This document shows, in pieces, positions 52,459 to 63,076 of a stretch of 64,000 bases of DNA. The notes beneath the pieces are model-generated. The model was not told the origin of the DNA and did no database searches. It saw only the letters and a program-made list of their open reading frames with translations. The stretch comes from Octopus sinensis. Taxonomy: Eukaryota. Position 1 is the stretch's first letter; each line of letters starts with the position of its first letter. Position numbers and translations under genes: made by a program. The stretch covers positions 16,926,001 to 16,990,000 of the forward strand of contig NC_043005.1 in the NCBI RefSeq assembly GCF_006345805.1. The letters are read 5' to 3'.

Positions 52459-55400
52459 CTGTGTTTGTCCCCCTAGCATTGCTTGACAACCGATGCTGGT
52501 GTGTTTACGTCCCCGTCACTTAGTGGTTCGGCAAAAGAGACCGATAGAATAAGTACTGGGCTTACCAAAGAATAAGTCCCGGGGTCGATTTGCTCGACTA
52601 AAGGCGGTGCTCCAGCATGGCCGCAGTCAAATGACTGAAACGAGTAAAAGAGTAAAGAGTAAGAGTATACCTGCCCACGAAGATTTCAATTCCAAATTCA
52701 ATAATGCCATTTGGAATGATTGAAACCAGATGTCAAAATTAATTTTAAGAAATATTGAAATTTTACATTGAATTTCTGAAAATAATGTTTAAAAATGGTA
52801 CTGCGAATGTGTAATGTTTGATTGAGCTGGAAGAATTTATTTAGGACAGTTGATATAAGTGATTGTCCTGTATGAGTTATTGTATGATGTAATCAATCCT
52901 AACTGATCAATACTTCTGTGAATTTCAAATGGGAAATAAAAGTTTGAAGAATTTCACATTACTAGATCTTTATTCATTCATTGTTTCCTTGAGCTGTATT
53001 GATGAATTACAGTTCAGATATAATTCCACAGTAATTACACTCCCCTGTGATATATTTTTTTCAAGGTTGTGTGTTTATGATACAATATCAACCAAAGTAA
53101 GAGAGACTATGGCAGTGGTTTTCAACCAAGGTTTCTCGGAACCTTAGGGTTCCGCAAGAAGTTACAAAACTGCTAAAATCGGCAGTAATTTTTAATTCTC
53201 CTGTGCAGATATGTGTGCATAAGACTATTAAATTATTGCACAGGGGTTCCTCGAGCCAGTGGAATGTTTCCTTGGGGTTCCGCTCCAGCAAAATGTATGA
53301 AAAGCACTGGACTATGGTATTTAACCCTTTCATTACCAACTCAGCTGAAACCGGCTCTGGCTCTGTAGTACAAATGTCTTGTTTTCATAAGTTTTGAATT
53401 AAAATCTTCCACCAAACCTTAGTCACAATTTATGTTCCTAACACTAGCTGAATGATAACTAAGTTATTTTACTAAATTCTTTGTTATATTTAAAGTAATT
53501 GAAAGAAATACAGAGCATCTCAAAATAAATACAGTAACGAAAGGGTTAATTAGTCGACAAATTTTACTTGTCAGCTAAAAATTTCATATAAATGAATGTT
53601 GGAATAGAAAACTAAACTGTGTTACCCACAAAATTTTCAAGTTATGCAACCCCCCCCCCCCCCAAAAAAAAAACAACAACAAAAAACAGCATAATCCAAT
53701 ACTTGTAGCCCAATCTGATAACCATAGTCTTCAGTTAGTACCAACTCTAGAATTAACGTAAGCTATATACAGCTGTTGTCTACTCCTGTCTAATTACTAG
53801 TTTTGGCACCACTGCTTGGCTATAATTAAAGTATCAGGTCTTTGATTAATGGTTTTGTACGTGGCTAATCTAATATAGCCATAGAAACTCCTTCTCTCTC
53901 TGTTTATCTCTCTCTCTTTGTCTCCGTGTGTGTGTGTCTCTCTCTCTCTGCTTGTCTCTTTCTCTCTTTTTCTCTGTCTCTCTCTCTATCTCTCTCTCTG
54001 AATGAGTTTCTTCTTAGCATTCTCCTTGCCTGCCTCCCTCTGACTTTCCTTCCTTCTATCCTTATTCTCTCCCTACTTTTTCACTTCCACTCTTTGTCTC
54101 TCTCTCTCTCCCTTCTACCTATTCTCTTACCTCTGTCTCTTACACTCACTCATTCCTGAACTCAGAACTCCCTAAGTACTAAGTAGAAAAAAAAACAAAA
54201 AAACAGACATACAATGACATGTTCCTTTCAAATTAGTCATCTGTTTCCTGTATTAGTATACCACACCATTGCACCTATGCCTGTAGCTGTTACTTTGCTA
54301 CTTCACAATCATTAAATCTCAATCCTTCACTCTTGTTACTCCATTTTCACTAACATTTTAATCCTTGATAATAAACAACCACATTCTGGCCACTTCAGTG
54401 ATTAATATTGTGCTGGTGCTCCAGCCTGGTCAGGAACATCACAGTAATCTAAAATGATTAATGAAGGCCTCCAGTTTTCATCTATTCGACTTGATCCTCA
54501 CTAACCTCACCCATATCAGTTGTTGGCTGCATGCAACCTGTAGGACTTTCTGTGTGGCCTGCTGAACGAAAACCTTTTTTTAGTAATGTGGTTTGCTTTA
54601 TGGTAAGCTTTGTCTCATGTGGGCCCACTTCATGGAAAAGGTTGCCCCAAAATGAGAAACCTGTTATTTCAACAACACATTGAGTCAGATGTAATTTAAT
54701 AGGGCCTCATTGAGGTAAATGTCATTAACTATATTATTGTTCTACTTGTCATATGTGTTCGAGTGTTACACCTTGAACAACCTTCACAATGGAACTGAAT
54801 TTTTAACCTGATAAAATATGAAAGTCTGTGAAGTGATGCTTTAACCCTTTAGCATTTAAACCATCTATATCTGGCCAAATATTCTACTTATTTTATGCTC
54901 AAATCAGCCAGATCCAGCCTCTTACACCTACCCTATCATGTCATTCCAAAACAAATACTTTACTTACAGTGAGCCATCACATAGTGTGCTATCAGTGATT
55001 GAAATAGCATAAGAGAGAGACAATCTCTTTGATCAGTTCGAGGTGTCACCTGCCTGGTGTCTGTGACCAAAGAGGAGACAACTGCTCCGAAATGCTGACA
55101 TCTCGGTAGGTGGTGCTGCAAACTGATCTACTGTGTATCCACACCATTTGTCAGCAGCAAGAAATTTTCTGTATGCCAAAACACAGTGAATAGCTTGTTC
55201 TTCAGTTTGAATGTACCTCAAGCATATTTGAACTGGTAAATAACATTGCATTAAAAAAAAATATTATCACATCATTGAAATTTTAAAGCTGCAAGGTAAT
55301 GCGTGATTAATTCAAAGCAATGTAAATGAATATGCCTTACATTTGACAGAATAATCTGAACGCTAAAGGGTTAAAATTGAAATAGCAACAATTATTAATC

Positions 55401-58400
55401 ATCATCATCATCATCATCGTTTAACGTCCGCTTTCCATGCTAGCATGGGTTGGATGATTTTGACTGAAGGCTGGCAAACCAGATGGCTGCACCAGGCTCC
55501 AGTCTTGATCTGGCAGATTTTCTATAGCTGGATGCCCTTTCTAACGCCAACCACTCCGAGAGTGTAGTGGGTGCTTTTAATGTGCCACCGGCACAGGGGC
55601 CAGTCAGGCGGTGCTGGCAATGACCTCGCTCAAATCTTTTTACACGTGCCACCGGCACAGGTGCCAGTGAAGTGACGTTGGTAACGATCACGCTCAAATG
55701 GTGCCTTTTTACGTGTCATGGGTACGGAAGCCAGTTGGCTGCTCTGGCAACGATCACGCTTGGATGGTGTTCTTGGCACCCTACTAGCACAGGCATAAGT
55801 GCCAGTAAGGCGACGCTGGTAACGATCATACTCGAATAGCCGCTCTGTCAACGATCATACTCGAATAGCCGCTCTGTCAACGATCACACTCGTATGGTGC
55901 TCCTTGCACCCCGCTAGCATGGATGCGAGTCATCGAAATGATTTTGATTTAATCATGTAAATATTAAAGAAATTCAGCTATCTGGTGCTTAAGCCATTTG
56001 ATACCAGTCCATGTGAGATTGCTCCTGGTTCTGTTGTACAAAAGAACCTCAATCAAAACCTTCCATCAAAATTCTGTTTTGTGTGTCAAACACCAGCTTA
56101 ATAACAGACAACATTATTTTACTAAATTCTCCATTATTTAAAAAATTAATGGAAACGAAGGCAGCGTATATCAACAGAAATTTGGTGGTGAAAGGGTTAA
56201 ACAAACTGCTATGCCTTGACGATAGCAACAATTAAGGTGTGCTATATGGTTGGTGGGTTGTTTTTCTTTCTCTAGAGTGTAAGGCTAACAGAGAAAATTA
56301 TGGATATTTTATTACGACAGAGATAATAAAAAAAACAGTTTGCTAAGTAATAATTATGCTAGGACACAGATCTAGTGAGTCTTCTGTCTCTGTTATTACC
56401 TAGCACGCTCTTTTTTATCGTCTCTAACTATTGCAACGTAGTGTAATCAGTGGCAACACTGTTTTATTGTAACCGTTTTACTACATCTTTCACTGTCTTG
56501 TGTTAGTCTTCAGTTAGTACCATAGTACCAACTGTAGACTTCACCTTTCATTGTGCTTCATTTTTAATATATTTAAATATTTTCTTTCTTCTCTCCAATA
56601 AAATCTCTACACCAAATAGAAAAAGAAAATGTTTTGAAATTTCTTTGTCAAACTCACTATTCCTCACATATATTCACTTTCATTGTTATAATTTCACGCA
56701 TAGACATATATTTGATGTTAAACCCCTGTTTAATGGCTTAATTTTCCCTTTTTGTTAATCACCACCCCTGCATTGTTAAATGTATCCTATTTTCAACCAC
56801 CACCCTTGAATACACCCTGTTAACACCCCTTCTCTATTAACCTGTTTTTCCCTCGTTAACCTCCTTCCCATACTTTGTGTTTAACCATGTCCTGCTTACA
56901 ACCTTGTGTTTTTTAACCATTCTTATATTGTTAATGCTATATTGTTTAACTTTTACCCCTGCTCATGTTAACCCAACCCTATAGTTGATGTTCACCTCTG
57001 TTAATACCTACAATTGTTAACCCTCAGTTTCTAAAACCTTTCAAACCCTGTTGTTATCAATAGTCACATTTTCTCATTGTGTAGATTACTATAGTGGACA
57101 GCCATGGTCGTGTGGTAAGTAAGCGTGAAATGACCAAGCCATTGGTCTCGCACTCTGTGTGTCTGGTGACTATTTACGACTGTGTTGTCTCTCTCTCTCT
57201 CTGCCTGTTCATGTTATGACAAACGTATATTGGTCTTGATTTAATGTCATGGTCACTTCAGGGTCACCTTACCTCAGTATTTGAGGAAATGGTGAACCAT
57301 TTATTCACTGATGCATGGTTTCATGTATAACACAGGTGCATACACACTGTGATTTTATATACATATGTACACACACATACATTAATATGCATGTGTATAT
57401 ATGTGTATATGTATGATGAATGCAAAATGTTCATATATATATATACACACAAATATTCACACACATATATACACACATGTGCACATATACATGTGCATAT
57501 ATTGTATAAGTAGCATGTTGTTATGAATTTGTACCTATTGGCTATTTTGTAGTATAGTTTCTTGTCTCAATCACTGACTTTGAGTCAATTTTCTTCTGTT
57601 AGTACTGTTTGTAGAACTAGTTTCTAGAATAGTGTAACTCTACTCTATATACAACTGCCTGTCTTCTGTTAGTACCAACTGTAGAATTAGTGTAAACTAT
57701 ACTGTATATGCTACTGCCTGTCTTCAGATATCACCTGTCAGAACTACTGTAAACTATATATATATATGTAATATAATTGTTCTTTCTTATGTAAAATATA
57801 GAACTGCTTTAGAATTAAGATATAAACTCAAATTGGGCAATCACACAGTTATAAATTTGACTTAAAATGCACATACATATATTAATACATATTGGCACAT
57901 GAATATTTTTTTTAATATTTATAAAATGTATATATATAAATGGGTTGTATTTACATACACTTTTATGCATGTATATGTTTTATAAATATTTAAAAAAAAT
58001 ATTCATATGTGTCCATGTATTAATATATGTATGTGCATTTTAAGTCGAATTTATAACTGTATGAGTATGATTGCCTAATTTGAGTTTATATCTTAATTAT
58101 CTTTTGTCTTACGTTCGACCTGCGCAGTTCTATATTTTTCGAAAGAAAGAATAATAATATTTTATATATATATATGCACTCTGCTGCCTGTTCTCAGTTA
58201 GTATCAACCAGAGAACTAGTGTAAATGCTACTGTAGCTTAGACAACTGTACATGTTTACAAAAACTTGAAATCGGTTCTGTCTTTAGTTAAACCAACTCG
58301 AGAACTAGTGTAAATTACACTATTTATGCTACTGCCTGCTCTGATCTAATTACTAGTTTTAAACTCCAATTCTATGCATTTGTTTATTACTGGTCTGTAA

Positions 58401-61400
58401 TCAAGGTATTAGGTCTTCGATAAAGGTTTTACCTGTGACTAATCTAACACAGCTCCATAAACTTGGTCTGCCTGTCTCTCTACCTTTGAGTTTCTTTTTG
58501 GCAATCTTGTACTTGCTTGCCTCTTTGATTCACCCCTTCTGCATTTTCTTCTCTTTCTCCTTTCTATTATCTCTCTTCTGTCTATCCATTCTCTCTCTCT
58601 TTCATTCACACACCTACTCTTTTATTTTCCTCTCTTGGTCTTTCAGACTCATTCTCAACCTTATTAACTCTAAGGAATTTATGTAGACATTTGATGTCCT
58701 GCTCCTTTCAAATTAGTGATTGCTTTATTGTAGCGTTGTACCACCTCATTGCACCTATGCATGAGCTGTTACTTTGCTGCTTTCACTTACAGTAATCGAA
58801 TCCTCAACCTTAAGCAATTTACTGTACTTTCAACTGAAAGATCAGTTCCTTGTAATAAACAATCACATTCTGGCTATTTTATTGGTTACAGTTGTGCTTG
58901 ATACTTCTGCCTGATCCAGAACACATACTCTTTTACTCTTTTACTTGTTTCAGTCATTTGACTGCGGCCATGCTGGAGCACCGCCTTTAATCGAGCAACT
59001 CGACCCCGAGACTTATTCTTTTGTAAGCCCAGTACTTATTCTATCGGTCTCTTTTGCCGAACCGCTAAGTAACGGGGACATAAACACACCAGCATCGGTT
59101 ATCAAGCAATGCTAGGGGGACAAACACAGACATACAAAGACACACACACGCATATATATATATATACATATATACGACGGGCTTCTTTCAGTTTCCGTCT
59201 ACCAAATCCACTCACAAGGCTTTGGTCGGCCCGAGGCTATAGTAGAAGACACTTGCCCAAGGTGCCACGCAGCAGGACTGAACCCGGAACCATGTGGTTT
59301 GTAAGCAAGCTACTTACCACACAGCCACTCCTGCGCCTATCTATAATCTAAATTGACTAAACCTCCAACAGTCAACACACTGGTACACCAGCTTGGTCAA
59401 ACCTTCCCTTTTAGTATATTAAGTGTTCTAGAAATTAAAGAATTGAAGACACTAAACCAATACCTTGGAAAGTGACTCAAAGCAAAGAATAGAGCTTTAT
59501 TTATCAAATAAGACAGACAACTTGAAAGTTTTACACAAATTGGTTTTCCAAACACTTTTGTTGACTTCAGCCAAACCTTGAGAGCTTCTGTTTCCTCTAC
59601 ATGTTTCTTATTTCTTTATTGCCCACAAGGGGTTAAACAGAGAGGGGGCAAACAAGGACAGACAAAGGGATTAAGTAGATTACATCGATCCCAGTGTGTA
59701 ACTGGTACTTAATTCATCAACTCTGAAAGGAGGAAAAACTAAAAAGCAAAGTTGACCTCAGTGGAATTTGAACTCAGAATGTATCGGCAGATGAAATACC
59801 GCTAAGCATTTCACCCGGCATGCTAACATTTCTGCCAGCTCGCTGCCTTCTGTTTCTGCCCCTCTATCATGCTTTTATGTCCTTCAATACCCCACTCAGT
59901 CAAAGGGTCTTGTTTTGCAAGTTCTTGGTAAACCCACTTGTGCTGGTTCAATGAAAAAGCATTCAGTATAATCTATAGAAAGGGCATCCTGCTGTAGAAA
60001 ACATGCCAAAGATGTTGGAGCTCTGTGCAGCCCTCTGGTTTGTCGGTTCCTATTAAACTATCCGTTCCATACCAGTATGGAAAAGGGGATATTAAATGAT
60101 TTGTAATTGATTTAGAAATACGTTAAAATTTCTTGACAGAAGGGCAACTACTGCTAGTTTCAAATCTAAAATTCTAGCCTGCTACACACATGTACAGGTT
60201 TTGCAACTTGATGAGAATCCAAATATTTTGGGGGATTCTAAAATGGCTGGTGTCACCTTTTCAGTTCAGGAATTTGATATTTCTGAATCAGTAATTATTG
60301 CATATATGAGGGAAAAAAAGACACAGACACAGGCATACACACAGGCATAAAATAATTTCATTAGTTCTTAGTTTTGGAGAACATGGCATGATTATAAAAT
60401 TCATTTTTAAAGTTTTATATTTAAGAGATGAGGAATTATGTACATTATTTACATTTGACATATTTTTGTCCTCATCTTGTTAACGTTTCAGCTGATATAC
60501 CCAAGACACCTAATGAAGGCTGAAGGGTATATCAGCCAAAATGTTGTGTTAACAACAAACAAGATGTGGACAAATATCTGTCAAATGTAAATTATGTCCA
60601 TTTTTAAAGGTTCTGCATTTCCGCTACAAGTATTCACTGTCACATTTATTTGAGATTTTCTTTAATGCAACACACCCATAGTTCTCTTAGCTTGTGAGTA
60701 ACTAGTTTGATTATTATTGAGTGAGAGAGCAGTTCATGCCATCAAAGTGACACTGGGGTAAAATATACGAAGCCCAGTATACCCATCATGACTACCCGTC
60801 TGATAAGGGTACACCAGGCACATGCATCACAACCATATGTGCACGACATGGTGATCTCATATCAAGGTAAACAGCGCATGACCTTGCAGGTGGGGCCCAG
60901 TTAGAATTTTCTTCAGGTTGAGTAGCCCATCCCGTTTGAAAGGTCCCTGAATAAGGGTTGTTTAAGGATGTTGAAAGAACCACTCATGTTTCCAGAGGTG
61001 AATTATTGAAACCCCAAAGAATCCCGCTCAACACATGGCTATGATGCTCCCCCACTACTTCTGCTTGTGATCAGAGATGCACATATCATCAGCCACTAAG
61101 GGACATGGTCAACTGGTTAAGGTCAAACAACTGACAAGCAAATCTGTGATATTGAGCAGAATATTTGCTGTAGCCCATCTTTTATACCAAGACAAAACAA
61201 TGTACATGATAACACTTCCAATCAGTTAAGATCAGAAGCCATGAGAGCCACTGTCTGGTACTGCATCAGGGCATTATTATTATGATTATTATTATTAAGG
61301 TGGTGAGCTGGTGGAATAATTGGGATGAAACTTCATTCCAAAGATATGTTTGTTCCAGTAAATTGTGGCATTTTTAGAGAATTGTCCAAAGAGAATATTT

Positions 61401-62168
61401 ATCAAAATTCTTTAAAATTGTGTACATTGATTAGCAGCAGTGCGTGTTCTCTCTCTCGCTTTTTAATGTCCATTGTCCATGCTGGCATGGGTTGGACGGT
61501 TTGATTGAAAACTGATAAACTGGGGAGCAGCACCAGGCTTAAATCTGATTTGGCATGGTTTTTTTCAGCTCGATGCCCTTCCTAATTCCAAACACTCCAG
61601 GAGTGTAGTGAGTGCTTTTTACATACCACCAGCACAGGTGCCAGTTATGAAACACTGGCATTGACCACAACTGTGATCTAACTTGGCTTGACAGGTGAGC
61701 TGGCACACCAGACAAAATGCTTAGTGGAATTTCGTCCACGTTTATATTCTGTGTTCAAATGCTGCCAAGGTCGACTTTGCCTTTTCAGCCTCTCATGGTT
61801 GATAAAATAAATACCAGTCAGACACTGGGGTCAATGTAGTTGACTAGCCCACTTACCTAAAATTTCAGCCTCTGTGGCTATAGTAGAATGGATTATTATT
61901 ACATTTTTATTATTATTATAATTAAGTGTCCAATATTATAAAATTTTCACCACCCACAAAATAATAATCCCTTTATGAACTCTCATTAACGAACACCTGA
62001 TCTGTTGCTGCTGAGCTCCAGAGCAGTACTGATCATGTGCACTTAGATCAAAGGCATTGTGAAATAAATGCATGACCTGCTAAATATAGCAGCCAGGTCT
62101 CCCTTCCTACTTACCTCTTAAATAGGGAAAGACACATTGGTTAATGTAGTTGTCCTATATATATATAT

Positions 62169-62200
<32 letters not shown>

Positions 62201-63044
62201 TTAGCATCCGCTTTCCATGCTAGCATGGGTTGGACGGTTCAACTGGGGTCTGTGAAGCCAGAAGGCTGCATCAGGCCCAGTCTGATCTGGCAGTGTTTCT
62301 ACGGCTGGATGCCCTTCCTAATGCCAACCACTCCGTGAGTGTAGTGGGTGCTTTTTATGTGCCACCCGCACAGGTGCCAGACGGAGCTGGCAAACGGCCA
62401 CGGACGGATGGTGCTTTTTACGTTCCACTGGCACGGGGGCCAGACGAGGCTGGCAACGGCCCGAACGGATGGTGCTTTTACGTGCCACTGGCACGGGGGC
62501 CAGGCAAGGCTGGCAATGGCCATGAACGGATGACTACATTCACTGGTGTATAGTAGAGATCATGCTGCTATATTTAGCATGCCATGCATCCACTTGGGGG
62601 TTGTCTTCTTGACTCAACAAGACCTGTTGTATTTTGGGTGGCTGAAAATTAATTTAAATGTATTTATAATAAATATTTTTATAGTCTTGGTAATTACTTA
62701 TTAATATTGGCTTTAGAACACATTTTTTTTTTACTATTGTATGTAATTTCAACTTTATCAACAAAGAGATAGACTTTGTTATAAGGTTGCATGCAACTTG
62801 AGTCTTTGACTTCTTTCTTTCTTTCTCTCTCTCCCCCTTCCCCACTATCTCTTTCTCTCTCTTCCTTCGATTTTGTCAACAATGGAAACCATATCGTTCC
62901 CTCAATCCTTCCATCTTCTCTCATGTCACCTAAAATAACAAATCAGTTATGTAAGTAAAGTTGGCAACAGATTCTGTCGCCGTCATATTACTGCTGACTA
63001 TAACTTGCATTTTAATTATCAAAGTTGAAATTTTGTTGCTTTTG

Positions 63045-63076
<32 letters not shown>

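Larger units (their letters stand above)
49610..59375 (+). repeat. Old intra-intronic tandem segmental duplication (copy A about 49610-54475; copy B about 56695-59375)
   Basis: Collinear homologous blocks: 49880-50190/57020-57325, 50370-50500/57570-57740, 53720-53890/58270-58460, 54200-54430/58690-58925. Confidence 0.85.

Noticed and set aside
49880-57330. Assembly artefact (haplotype duplication) as the explanation for the two microexons
   Set aside because: The flanks are strongly diverged and carry different transposon insertions, which is incompatible with allelic duplication.
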